A stretch of 63,621 nt of DNA, counting the filler, from Octopus bimaculoides (Eukaryota), in the NCBI RefSeq assembly GCF_001194135.2. It is 7 parts of 6 records of this genome, joined end to end, with 100 filler letters (N's around TTAATTAATTAA, not from the genome) between each part and the next. Parts side by side here need not be neighbours in the genome. Positions count along the whole stretch, not along the records: positions 21,159 to 41,625 come from NC_069003.1; positions 41,726 to 51,109 come from NC_068988.1; 5 more parts are not named here. One strand, written 5' to 3'. Every line of letters starts with the position of its first letter. The first letter of the stretch is position 1. A program made the position numbers and the translations under genes. Below, in pieces: positions 36,083 to 48,695 of the stretch. The notes beneath the pieces are model-generated. The model searched no databases and had not been told where the DNA came from. It worked only from the letters and a program-made list of their open reading frames with translations.

Positions 36083-38370
36083 GCGGCATATGGGGTATTT
36101 GTTAGTGATGGCACTTCTGTTCACCATCTGTCGCATGCCAGGAGCATGGCTGATGATCATTAGTTCTCAACAAAAGCTCAACTCTCACTTATGACTCCAA
36201 GTAGCCGGTGGTGCACACCGGCCGTCATGCCCCGGGATCTCCACTCGATAGTGGTACTAAACTAAGTAGGGACAACGGCAGTTAGACTGCTGTTGTGGCT
36301 GAAGGGATACCTTCCCTTAATTGCATGAAGTCTGAGACGGCGGAGAGGGCAGATGACCCATAGAGTCAGATGGACAACGACCTTGAAGACGGAACCAGCA
36401 ATGTGTGTGATACGCATAGGGCACACTCAGGTACGCAAGGGGCATGTGGCCAACCACCATGAATATACCCATTAGTTAACCAATAATGGATAAAGTCAAT
36501 AAAAACAACCCATACCGCATCGCTCCACTCGCAATCAACAAGGAGGGCGCCCCCTAGTGAGGCGTAAGGCTGGGAGCGAAAAGTTGTTTACTGATTCGAA
36601 CTCTACCCACTCCCGGGCAACTGTGGGCAACTAAACCAAGGAAAACCTCAACCTGAGCCCCACCGATGCAAGCCATACTACACGCAAAACCCTAGAAGTA
36701 AATGGAATCGGGAAGAGTATAAACTAGTAATGAAAGCATGCTACACGGCGGTAGTCACACCATCAGAAGATAACACGACAAAAAGGGATTATCAATTATG
36801 GAGACAACAAAATCTAACTTCAAGGTTAAATATGGATTCCAACAAGTTAGGGAATGTCCGAAGAGATATCATTAAAAACAGGAGGCTCGCAGGCACTGAG
36901 CTGGAAGAAATAAAAGAAAAAGTCAACAGATTTCACCGTATAACACCAAATACAAACGAAATCGAAATAGGCACTACGGAAAACCAAAAGGAGGATGTAT
37001 TTGAGGAGCCCTCTGAACCAACTAGCCTATGCTACAGCTGCAGTTATTACTGAAGGAAAAGGCATAAAACTAAAAAAAAGAAGAAAACTGCTCAACAGAA
37101 GAAGAGACAACCAAAATGGAAAAAAAACTTTAGAAAAGGATATACAATGCATGAGAGGCGACCTATCAATACTGGCCGAAATAAGTAACGGAAACCAGGT
37201 CAACCAAAGAAAAGCCAAGAAAATTTGCAAAAAGCGTGGAATCAAACAAAAAAATTAAATGCCTGAAGCAAAAGAAAACCTAAAGCAAAAAGTCCAAGCA
37301 AAGGCACAACGACTGTCTCGATATATAAAGAGAAGCAAACAATTTAGACAAAACAAATTATTTAAAGAAGACGGAAAGAAATTTTACAGGGAACTCGGTA
37401 AACAACAAATAAATGTTGAGCAACTGCCAAAGAAAGCAGATATGGAAAATTTCTGGAGTACGATATGGGAAAATGAAAAACAACATAATGAAGGTACAGC
37501 ATGGATTAAGGAACAAGAAACACTCCTGGAAAATAAAGAAGTACAGGAATGGGAAGATATTCAAAAGGAGGAGGTCACCCTGGCCCTGAAAAAGGCCAGG
37601 AATTGGAAGTCACCGAGAATCAATAATAACCAGACCAATCAAAATCAAAAGTGGTATTTTCCAAGGGGACTCGCTGTCACCCTTAATATTCTGCTTGGCA
37701 CTGACACCATTAAGTACCATGCTCAACAAAACCGGGTATGGATATGAGATCAAGGAGAAAAAAGAGAGTCATCTGTTCTACATGGATGATTTGAAAATGT
37801 ACTAAAAAAATGACGAACAACAAGCTCTACTTGCAACAGTTAAACAGTTCAGTGATGATGTCAGGATGCAGTTTGGACTGGAGAAATGCGCGAAAGCCAC
37901 TTTCATAACAGGCAAACTGGCATGTTCTGCAGATACCCACATAGATACAAAAGCAAGAATCTGATCACTGGACCAGGAAGAATCATATATATAAATACCT
38001 TGGCGTAGACAAAAGTAATGGCATAAAACATTCAGCAATGAAAGAGAAGTTTAGAAAAGAGTACTACAGGAGAGTACGGTTAGTAACAAAGACTGAACTC
38101 AACACTACAAACAAAACAGAAGCCATTAACATTACCATTAACCAATCGTAGCTTTCAGTTTCAACATAATCAACTGGTAACTGAGCGAAATAAAGAAGCT
38201 AGACTCCAAGACCAGAAAACTACTAACCATGGCTCGAATGAACCACCCAAAAGCGGACGTGAACAGGATTTATCGAGAAGCATGGGAGGAAGAGGACTAA
38301 CACAATTAGAATTATCTTACAAAACCACCACTGTAGGATTAAATACATATCTTGAGCTGCCAAAAGATCC

Positions 38371-38372
<2 letters not shown>
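36083..38372 (+). mobile_element. R4/Dong-like non-LTR retrotransposon: 5' UTR to thumb region, internal RT deletion, 3' end lost
   Basis: RSKWNREEYK, KAQRLSRYIKRSKQFRQNKLFKEDGKKFYREL, NWKSP fused to IKSGIFQGDSLSPL, HLFYMDDLK, FGLEKCAK, HPKADV, GGRGL. Confidence 0.88.
36085..36163 (+). ncRNA. Candidate degenerate HDV-like self-cleaving ribozyme at the element 5' end
   Basis: P1, P2, P4 and a G-CUGA J4/2 found in HDV order by manual folding; P3 imperfect. Confidence 0.4.
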
Positions 38373-38409
<37 letters not shown>

Positions 38410-39365
38410 NNNNNNNNNNNNNNNNNNNNNNNNNNNNNNNNNNNNNNNNNNNNNNNNNNNNNNNNNNNNNNNNNNNNNNNNNNNNNNNNNNNNNNNNNNN
38501 NNNNNNNNNNNNNNNNNNNNNNNNNNNNNNNNNNNNNNNNNNNNNNNNNNNNNNNNNNNNNNNNNNNNNNNNNNNNNNNNNNNNNNNNNNNNNNNNNNNN
38601 NNNNNNNNNNNNNNNNNNNNNNNNNNNNNNNNNNNNNNNNNNNNNNNNNNNNNNNNNNNNNNNNNNNNNNNNNNNNNNNNNNNNNNNNNNNNNNNNNNNN
38701 NNNNNNNNNNNNNNNNNNNNNNNNNNNNNNNNNNNNNNNNNNNNNNNNNNNNNNNNNNNNNNNNNNNNNNNNNNNNNNNNNNNNNNNNNNNNNNNNNNNN
38801 NNNNNNNNNNNNNNNNNNNNNNNNNNNNNNNNNNNNNNNNNNNNNNNNNNNNNNNNNNNNNNNNNNNNNNNNNNNNNNNNNNNNNNNNNNNNNNNNNNNN
38901 NNNNNNNNNNNNNNNNNNNNNNTTATCGTTTTAAATACAATTTGAACGAAGTTTAAGGTTAAAATAATAATGATAATATTAACACATATTTAAACGATAC
39001 AATAGTTAAAGCTAGACTATTTAAGACTAAAAACGTTTATTTAATTATCATTAAAATTCAATTAAATAATAAAAATATCAATTGAATAATAAAAAATACA
39101 AGAATATTTATTTTTTTAAACGATGATATAAACAAAGTAAAATGTTATTGCAGTTCAAACTGAAACTTAAACGTAAGAATCAGAACTAAAGGTTAAGAAG
39201 AAATAAAAATAAAAATATGAATGAAAAAATTATGAATGGAAAATTATGAATGAAAAAATTATTATGAATGAAAGATTAAACTTTATATAGCTTAAGTCTT
39301 AATAAAAAAAACTTTTAACGATATTATAAACAATAAAGACTTGTTATTTATCAAATAGTATTAAA

Positions 39366-39545
39366 GACGAAGACAGGTGGTGTAGAAAACAAACAGATGT
39401 ATTAGTATAACACTCGGGAAGTGAAAATGTCCTTAACGTTTCGAGCCTACACTCTTCCACAGAAAGGAACACAGAAAGAAACAAAGAGAGAAACACGGAG
39501 AGAAAAAAAAGAATGTGTAGTGGCTAGCGATCTATTATGGCGAAT
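39366..39545 (-). repeat. Short interspersed repeat with a hammerhead-like core variant; second copy at 61496-61672 (+)
   Basis: attcgccat.atagatcgctagccactacacatt...ctgtggaagag.gtagg.tcgaaacgttaa.gac...cacctgtcttc shared by both copies. Confidence 0.85.
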
Positions 39546-40149
39546 CACCAGTTGATCGCATCAGTTGATTCTCTCTCCTCTCACCACCCACCAACTTCTC
39601 TACTGGACTTTCTACATTTCTACAGTTCTACGGATTCTCTACCGGACTTTCTACACTCCTATGGATTCTTTACTGGACTTTCTACACTTCAGCTGCACCT
39701 CTCCTGCCTATGGATTACACTTGAATCTCCTATGTATGTATGTATGTATGTATGTATGTATGTATGTATGTATGTATACACACAATATACATATATATAC
39801 GCGTACATATGCATGCACATATGCATACATACACACGCACACAAATATATATGAAGCAGACAGTCAGCTACTTCTACACGCTGCCAGTAACATCTGTGTA
39901 TGTATGTATAAAAGATTTTAAATTAAGACATGTAAAATGCATTTACATGTTTATGACTTATATATACTAGCATTTGCACAACAAATATACGTACATTAAT
40001 CAATAAAGTAAATTAAAATAGAACATTTTAGGTGATATCATGCAGTGGGATTAGCTCGTTGAGAAAAAAATTTCACCTACTTTATAAAGTACAAAACAGC
40101 ATGCTAAATATCATAGAAGAAAATTGAATAATAAAATAATATTATTATA

Positions 40150-40859
40150 AGAGGAAAATTGAATAAGATTGAATAATGAAATTATTGAATAACGCTATTG
40201 AATGAATCAATTGGATGTCTTCTGAGAACCCACTGCTATGCAAAGCATCATTATAGTACGAGGCGGCGATTTGTAAAGCTACTTCGTCCGAAGTCAATGA
40301 TGAAATTCGCTTCCCTATATTACTAACCATATTCTTAAATATGATAGGTGGGTGATCGAACCGTTTATCGATATAGTATAGCCTTTCATGAGGCGTATGA
40401 AAGGGCTTGAAGCTATTAGATTCTAAATCTAGATTAATATCTAAAAAAAATTAACGTTGTTAAGGTTTGTATCTTGAGCCCATTCTTTGGAAGAATGCAA
40501 TGAGATTCTGCCTAAGGCCGCCAGTCCGTTCATATTGCGGATGACTATAAGACCATCGTCCCTGTGCAATTCAGTGTTTAAAAAACGAAATTCTATATTA
40601 AAGCTGTATAAAATGTAAATACCTATTAACATGCAGAATTCTGCTCCGTCGTACGCATCCATCGGCCAGTCGAATAAGGAATCTCCATTCTTTTTGGCCC
40701 AGGTTGATTCATCAAAAAACAAAAACAAAAAGAAAAAAGTAGAGATTTCTCGACATGCAAGATGATGTCGACGTCAGAATCGTTAATAGATACGTACTTC
40801 TTGGCAAAATTTAATGCTACAAGGAGCAGAGGTATGGATATGGATGGATAAAATTCTAC
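40150..40859 (-). mobile_element. Penelope-like retroelement RT fragment of a second clade (MGxYDGAE / YRDDG type, Naiad-like by recollection)
   Basis: VEFYPSIS..LL.ALNFAK, KSLLF, MDAYDGAE, LHRDDGL, NVNF.LDINLDL, DHPPIIFKN, KRISSL, AASYYNDALHSSGF. Confidence 0.8.
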
Positions 40860-41072
40860 NNNNNNNNNNNNNNNNNNNNNNNNNNNNNNNNNNNNNNNNN
40901 NNNNNNNNNNNNNNNNNNNNNNNNNNNNNNNNNNNNNNNNNNNNNNNNNNNNNNNNNNNGTAGCAACTGCTATGACACAGAACAACAGCAAAACAATACC
41001 ACAACAACGAACACTGCAGGAACCTGATAAAAGAATATTTAACAACAAATGCGGTGACAATAACAAAAATAA

Positions 41073-41103
<31 letters not shown>

Positions 41104-41351
41104 CAACAACGATGGTAAGGAACCATTGAAGAAGTTTGGGTAAATAAGCTAACAGAATTTTGTACAGACAATGGCGACGAGGTCACCAGTTTTTAACGGA
41201 AAGGTCACTGAGAACACACGTTTCCGTTGTTTTGTAATTCGGTCTATTTTCTTTCTCATTTTTCATCTCTATCTGTGATCCTGAGAGCGTGCGCATGCGC
41301 AGCTTTGTGTGCGTGCATTTATATGAATGTGCGTATGTGTATGTGTGTGTG

Positions 41352-41392
<41 letters not shown>

Positions 41393-41561
41393 TGTGTGTG
41401 ACTGTGTGTGTAACTTCACACATCCCGCTATCTTATCTGCTTACATAACTACCGAGCTAACGCTATCGTTACGTTCATTTGTACTTGTCTGTCTGCCTGT
41501 ATACATACATGCATACATATATACATACATACATACATACATGCATATATATACATACAGG

Positions 41562-41625
<64 letters not shown>

Positions 41626-41725
41626 NNNNNNNNNNNNNNNNNNNNNNNNNNNNNNNNNNNNNNNNNNNNTTAATTAATTAANNNNNNNNNNNNNNNNNNN
41701 NNNNNNNNNNNNNNNNNNNNNNNNN

Positions 41726-42122
41726 AAATATGGTCGGTGAAGCAACAACCCCAGAAAAGGACCATTAAAACAACGAACTTAGCACCTGAGCAACTCTGGA
41801 CCCCTATAACAACTGAAGAGGTCACCCAGACACTGCAAAGACTAAGCAACTGGAAGGCACCTGGACACGACAAGATCCCCAATTTCTGGTTAAAACACCT
41901 GCCAGGAATGCATAAAAAGCTGGCAGAGAACTTTAACAACATACTAGCAGAGCCAGAGACAATGCCTGAATGGCTCACAAAAGGGAAAACCATCTTAATC
42001 CCCAAATCCACGGAAACGGAGAACCCACAAAACTATAGACCTATAACCTGTCTTCCTACGATCTACAAAGCTTTTTATTGCAATAATATCGCAGAGATTG
42101 AGTAAACACCTGGAAAATAACA
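41726..42122 (+). mobile_element. R4/Dong-like LINE RT fragment (different subfamily from 36083)
   Basis: ITTEEVTQTL..SNWKAPGHDKIPNFWLK...PEWLTKGKTILIPKS...NYRPITCLPTIYK. Confidence 0.88.
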
Positions 42123-42255
42123 ANNNNNNNNNNNNNNNNNNNNNNNNNNNNNNNNNNNNNNNNNNNNNNNNNNNNNNNNNNNNNNNNNNNNNNNNNNNNN
42201 NNNNNNNNNNNNNNNNNNNNNNNCTAAAATTTTTTTTGCTATCCTATAATTTATT

Positions 42256-42293
<38 letters not shown>

Positions 42294-42453
42294 GGGATCA
42301 GTAGGAGTTGCTTTACCAACATACTGAAAATTTAGAAATAGCAGTTAAAACTACTAATTCTAACTACAATTTATTCTCCAATGGATGGTGATATTTATGG
42401 CTCACATAGAACAACGGAAGAGAAATAAACGAAAACAAACCTTCCGTTAGTCA

Positions 42454-42511
42454 ATCATGTACGACGTTTCGTGATTAGAATATAAAAATTCGTTTCACTC
42501 ATCAGCATGAT
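42454..42511 (-). ncRNA. Minimal type I hammerhead ribozyme
   Basis: AUCAUG-CUGAUGA-GUGA...UCAC-GAA-ACG U CGU-A-CAUGAU: intact core, 6-bp stem I, 4-bp stem II starting with G-C, very short stem III, GUA cleavage triplet. Confidence 0.8.
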
Positions 42512-43054
42512 ATCCAAAATTATAAATCTGAAAATGCTAATAAACCCATGCATGTCTGACCATGCGGCATCAAATATCACATAAGAAAAGAATCAGCATC
42601 TCCAAATTTATATCGATTAGTGAGTTCCGTATCCCGCCTCAAAATTTTCCCATGTGCGTCACAAATGGTCCCGCAGAAAAGATTGCAGTTTAACCATCCA
42701 GGAGAAGACCATCAATANNNNNNNNNNCAGTTCATTATGTTACTCACACACTTTGTCTGTCGTCTCCGTTTCAGACAAGACATCGAAACCTTGTTATTGC
42801 TATTGTTGTTGTGGTCCGTATTCTTATTACATTATGGTGATTGTTATAACTATCAACTGCCGCTACTTCCACAGCTGTTGTGTCTGCGGATATTTCTGCT
42901 ACTGTTGTTGTTGTTGATAGCATTTGATAACATAATAAATATTCAAGAGCGGTTTGCCTTATTTGATTCCTTATTGTTGTTGTTGTAGTATCTGTCCATA
43001 CTGATGCAGTTGTTGTTCCTGCTGTTGATGCTCTAGTGTCGAGTGGTCCTTACC

Positions 43055-45050
43055 TTTTAGTTAGATATTTAGATAAGTTTCAGCCAGAATTGACCTAGGC
43101 TGCCTCTAAGTCAATAGCACCAGCAGGAAAAGATATTTAAGGATGTTTCATATTACAGTCACTTTTTGAGCACCATAGACTATTCAAATAGAGAGTTATT
43201 GTTTGCAAAGATATTTCCAGGTGCTTGTGATTTATTTGAAATTTGTGTGAGATATTCATCCAGGAAGTGCTTGAACGTTATGAAATTTTTTCTTCTCTTA
43301 TGTGACTTGGCTTGGTGCTAATGAGAGTAGGGCTGACTGAGGCGAAACATTTCTGTCTTAGTGTTGATGTGACGTGAATATGATCTTTGTAGGGGAAGGG
43401 TGGTACGGGGTCCAAACCTTCGGTGAATTTTAAAGTTGATACCATCATTTGGACAATGCTGTTGGAATATTTTCCACATGAGACATAAAGCTCATAGCGG
43501 CGTTGGAGGGAATAAAGTTTGAGCTTCTTGAGACGGTCTCAATAATCAAGACTTCTCTTGTCATCTATTTTTTATATTTGTGATTGATCTCTGGGATGCT
43601 TCAATATTCATATTTTGTTTCGTTTACGGATATCACACGGACAACAGTATTCAAGGCGGGGATGGACAAAGGTGGAGAAGAGAAAGATAATGGTGAGATC
43701 GTCTTTAATCCAAAAAGTCCTGACGATCCAGGGGCACGCCCTCCAAGACATGTCGACTTTGTTGTTTGCGTTTGGCATTCCGGCTTAAGTTACTCCAAGT
43801 CTCCTAGCAGCGTTTGATGCCACGAGGTTTTCGCCTGAGGGAAGAGTGTATAGAAGCTTAGATGCAGCCTCATTACCGAAGTGATTTAATTCAAATTTGT
43901 TCTTGTTTAACTGCATATTGTGTTTTTCTACCCATTGGATAACAGCGAGCAGGTCCGATTGGAGATTAGTCAGGTCTCCAACCTAGTCGACGACCTGCAG
44001 AAGCAAAAATTCTAATGCTGCTGTGTTTGATGACATCAACGATGTCATTGATAGAAATAATGAAAAGGGAGTGGGCCTGTACTATGCCTTGTGGGATTCC
44101 ACTGATGACCCTTGTCCAGCTTGATCGAACACTATCTATCACAACATGCTGGGTTCTGTTCATCACAAAACATTCAATCCACTTTAATAGTTTTCCGAGG
44201 ACTCCAATTTTGGATAGTTTCTTTAATAGAATATTGTGATTATCCGTGTTGAAGGTCTTGCCGGAGTCAAGATAGACGATATCTGCATTGGAACCCTCTT
44301 CCAGGGCCTTTAGGATGTCATCAAACTGATTCAGGAGCTGTATTAAGCAACCCCTGCCATTGTGGTGACCATGCCGGTTGGGAATAAGTAGTCTGTCACT
44401 TTCCAGAAGGTGAGTTACCCGAGATCTCACCACCCTCTCAAATAGTTTGATGGTATAAAAGTTAGCTGAGATCCGTCGGTAATTCACTGCCAGTGATATG
44501 TTGCCCTTTTGAAAACTGGGAAAATCGACTGGGATAGGAAATTATCGAAAATATAGCCAGCGTCCAGTGTTTTCTTCCAGAGAATGGTTAAAAGGAATGC
44601 CAATTGATGCCGGCACTTATTCAGGACTCTAACGGGGAATATGTCAGAGCTTGCAACTGAGTTGTTTTTAATTTTGTTAATAGCTGCTATGATATCCGAG
44701 GTGCCAAATAATATATCAGATAGAGTGTGCTGGTGGAGGAGGTGTTTCACCTAGGCTATCTGAATTAATCATGTTGGGATTGCTAAAAGTGGAGCAGTAT
44801 TACTTCTGCAAAAATCTCAGCCATGTCTTCCGCCGCACCACTATGCAGTGTCATCTATCAGAGGTCCAACAGATGGACCAGGGTTTTCACGAACGAGAAG
44901 AACACATTGGGATTGACGTTTATTTTCTCAATGGCCCACATTTTTCTAATGTTCTTTGGCTATCGCTGACAGCCTTCATGCACTTTTGAAGATTATACCC
45001 CTGTGATTCCAGAAAAACTATATCTGTCAAGCGGGCGTGCTGCAGCTGGT
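43055..45050 (-). mobile_element. CR1-clade LINE, 5'-truncated and decayed, with 3' UTR and tail
   Basis: NYRRIS...KLFERVVR, DIVYLD.GK.F, SGIPQG, NLQSDL, FSTFVHPRLEYCCP, RLKKLKLYSLQRR; FADD motif deleted. Confidence 0.9.
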
Positions 45051-45061
45051 AATATTTTAGC

Positions 45062-45546
45062 CTCTCTCTTTTACTCTTTTACTCTTTTACTTGTTTCAGT
45101 CTTTTGACTGTGGCCATGCTGGAGCACCGCCTTTAGTCGAGCAAATCGACTCCAGGACTTATTCTTTGGAAGCCTAGTACTTATTCTATCGGTCTCTTTT
45201 TGCCGAACTGCTAAGTTACGGGGACGTAAACACACCAGCATCGGTTGTTAAGCGATGGTGATGGGGACAAACACAGACACACAAACACATACACACATAC
45301 ACATACACACATACACACACNNNNNNNNNNNNNNNNNNNNNNNNNNNNNNNNNNNNNNNNNNNTATATATATATACATATATATGACGGGCTTCTTTCAG
45401 TTTCCGTCTACCAAATCCACTCACAAGGCTTTGGTCGGCCCAAGGCTATAGTAGAAGACACTTGCCCAAGGTGCCACGCAGTGGGGCTGAACCCGGAACC
45501 ATGTGGTTGGTAAGCAAGCTACTTACCACACAGCCACTCCTACGCC
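45062..45546 (-). mobile_element. SINE family A, young full-length copy
   Basis: Very close to the 33040 copy. Confidence 0.92.
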
Positions 45547-45734
45547 TGTTGATTTTTCAACTAATCCTTCTTTAATTTTACCTATTAGAGCTTTTCTGTT
45601 ACGTGGCAATCTGTGTTTAATGTTGCTGATGGATCGTAGTGGAGTGTGGTGTAAACATATGTTTGTGTCAATGTTCCTGGATAGCTGCCGAGACGTACTA
45701 ATGCTGGTTGGGATGAGGTGTTCAGTCAGCGAAT

Positions 45735-46140
45735 TGCAGCCGTGCAAGAGCACCGCCTTGAAGGATGTAATCGAATAAATTGACCCCAGAAGATATTTTT
45801 TAAAAGTCTGGTACTTATTTTATAGGTCTTTTTCTGCTGAACCGTCAAGTTGAGAGAACGTAAATAAACTACTCCGGTTGTCAAGGTGTGGTAGGAGACA
45901 AACACATGTACACATATACACACATATATATGTATACACATGCATTTGTATGTATACGCGCGCGCGCGTATATACGCGACGGACTTCGATTCAGTTTCCG
46001 TCTACCAAAATTCACTTACAAGCTATTGGTCAGGCGAAGCTATGGAAAAAGACACTTGCCCAAGATGCCGTGCAGTGGGACTGAACCCGTAACCGCGAGG
46101 CTGCAAAGTGAGATTCTTAACCACACAGCCGTACTTGTGC
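45735..46140 (-). mobile_element. SINE family A, older copy
   Basis: Diverged 3' module and head. Confidence 0.8.
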
Positions 46141-46765
46141 CTTTGATCAAAGAACAGAAATGACCATCCCGTCTTTTTTTTTTTTTATTTGTTTCAGGCC
46201 TAACCACTGGGTTACATCATCAAATTAGTCCTTTCCTGTTGAAGGCAGCAGGATATGAATCGTGAGAAATACAGCTACAGCATTTGTAACAGATTCAGCG
46301 ATCACTTAAGAGATTTCCGAAATACACTGAAACGGAACGGAACTCATAAAAGTAAACTTGAAAATTTGAAAATAGCTTTGGAAGTGTTCTAATGACAACA
46401 AATTGTTGCTGCTGCTGCTGAAGCTGCTACTGCTGCTGCTGCTGTTATTGTTGTTGTTGATGATGCGGTTATTGCTGTTTAGCTCAAAGTCAACGTCTTC
46501 TTAGTACACTCATGAACAAAAATGTTCAAGAATTAACCACCTTGTCTTTGAGCATCTCCAGAATTACATTATGCAGGGATACCTTTTTTTTTAAAGACGG
46601 TAAAGTCTGATATGAAAGAAATTCAGCTGTTGTTTCTAGCTGGTCGGGAGACTGCCGAGAGTTGTTGTTCTGTGTTAAGACTGTAAGAATGTTTTCTGAA
46701 TTATTTGTTCCTACGTGAATGTAATGTGTGAGGATAAAATGTTTCTATCCATTAAAAGTGTTTTC

Positions 46766-47125
46766 GGCTGTATGGTAGAAGCTTGTTTTCCACCCAAATA
46801 CTTCCGAGTTCAGTCCCACTGCGTGGTACTTTGGGTAAGTGACTTCTACTATAGTCACGCGCGGATTTGGTAGACGGAAACTGAAAGAATCCCGTCGTAT
46901 ATATATGTATGCATGTATTTACGTGTGTGTGTCTTTGCGTTTGTGTTTGTCCTTCCACTATCGCTTGACAACCGATGTTGGTGTGTTTACGTCCCGGTAA
47001 GTTAGAGGTTCGGCAAAAGAAACTGATAGAATAAATGATACGCTTATAAAGAATAAGTCCTGGGGTCGATGTGTTTGACTAAAAAACACCATTTAAGGCA
47101 GTGCTCCAGAATGGCCACAATCAAA
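46766..47125 (+). mobile_element. SINE family A, diverged
   Basis: Head, microsatellite and 3' module. Confidence 0.82.
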
Positions 47126-48190
47126 TTGCTGATCATGTTTCACAGCTGGTTGGAGTCGTTTCAAATCAAATTCTTGATTGAGAAGCCTCCCGACCCAAAT
47201 ACGTCCACTGTCTGAAAATAATGCAAATCTGGATTCATCTGAGAAAATCACTCTATCCTAAAATGAACTGGATTTTCTTTCTTTTCATGATATTAATTGG
47301 CTGAAGTAGAAGTTTTCTTCTAGCTGCTCGTCTATAAATCCCTAAAACTCGGGAACTACACAACCGATTTCATTCGAATTCAACATATGCCCTACTTGGG
47401 GTACATGCAGTAGTTGACTGCTACTTCTAGCAAGTAAGGCTGCCTGTTAAGGGTCGCCTCTTTTTGTGTTTAAATGTACACTAATTATATATCTATATAT
47501 ATATATATATAAAGATTGTGTCACTTTTACAAAGCTTATTTCTATGTGTGAAGTGTAAGGGGAACATGTGTTCTTGAACGTACAGCCTGCAGACCGGTAT
47601 CAGAGGCACACTTGGTTTTGATCGTCGGTCAGGTTTTGAAGCTAGGAAGAGTTAGTAGATGAAAAAATGGGCTAGAACACGGGTTAAATTATTTAAAATT
47701 CGTTCTGCAATGTTTTCATTTTGTATTTAAAATCAACACNNNNNNNNNNNNNNNNNNNNGTTTCCCACAACCGGATCTAATTTCTTTTCTTTTTCTTTTT
47801 CATACTGAAGATTTCTACAGAAAGGTAGTTTTTATGTTAATTACGAAAATCATAACCATTTTTTGGAAAGATTAAAAATAAGGAAATTACGAACCTTTTA
47901 AAAGTTGATAGGTTGGGAATTTTAGCCAATTAGATACGGCAATTTTCCACACGGCGGAAGCTGGAATTGCTTAATCTCAATATACTTTTGTTTTTGGAAA
48001 TACGTTCGCCTCCCAATTTTTTGTTTTTATTTATCTTTCGTTGTGTTGTGAGGAATAAAAAATAGAAACGTAACATAGTTTTTTAAAAGACGAAGAATAT
48101 TTAGTGGAAATGAAATTAAAAAAACTTACAGCAATAACAACGATGATGACGACGACAACAACAATAACAACAACAACAATTATAATAATA

Positions 48191-48354
48191 ATCCTTTCTA
48201 CTGAAGGCATAAGGACTGAAATTTTGGGGAGGGGACTAATCGATTACATCGATCCCCAGTGTTTCACTGGTACTTATTTTATCGACCTCGAAAGGACGAA
48301 AGGCAAAGTCGACTTCGGTGGAATTTGAACTCAGAACGTAACGACAGACGAAAT
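48191..48354 (-). mobile_element. SINE family B, head-truncated
   Basis: tcgattacatcgatccccag...ggaatttgaactcagaacgtaa. Confidence 0.85.
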
Positions 48355-48435
48355 ATATGTATATTTGTATGTGTGTGTGTGTGTGTATGTACATATATTT
48401 GTATGTATATATGTATGTAAGTATGTATATGTATA

Positions 48436-48484
<49 letters not shown>

Positions 48485-48489
<5 letters not shown>

Positions 48490-48695
48490 TGTATTTGTCG
48501 CCCTTCGGTTTCATAAACAGTATTTACTTGTTTACGTCCCTGTAGCCTTGTGGTTTGGCAAAGAGTTCGATAGAATAAGATCAGACTTGCGGGGGTGGGG
48601 GTGCAATAGTGAAGTTGATTTATTCAACTAAAACTCGCCAAACATGGCCATAGTCCAATAACTGAAACAAGTATAAAATAAAAGGTAAAAGAAGA
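48485..48695 (+). mobile_element. SINE family A 3' portion, diverged
   Basis: tttacgtccctgtagcc...gatagaataag...catggccatagtccaataactgaaacaag. Confidence 0.7.

Noticed and set aside
37616-42122. 41726-42122 as the missing piece of the 36083 R4 element
   Set aside because: Overlapping residues differ (LALKKARNWKSP vs QTLQRLSNWKAP) and a synthetic linker separates them.
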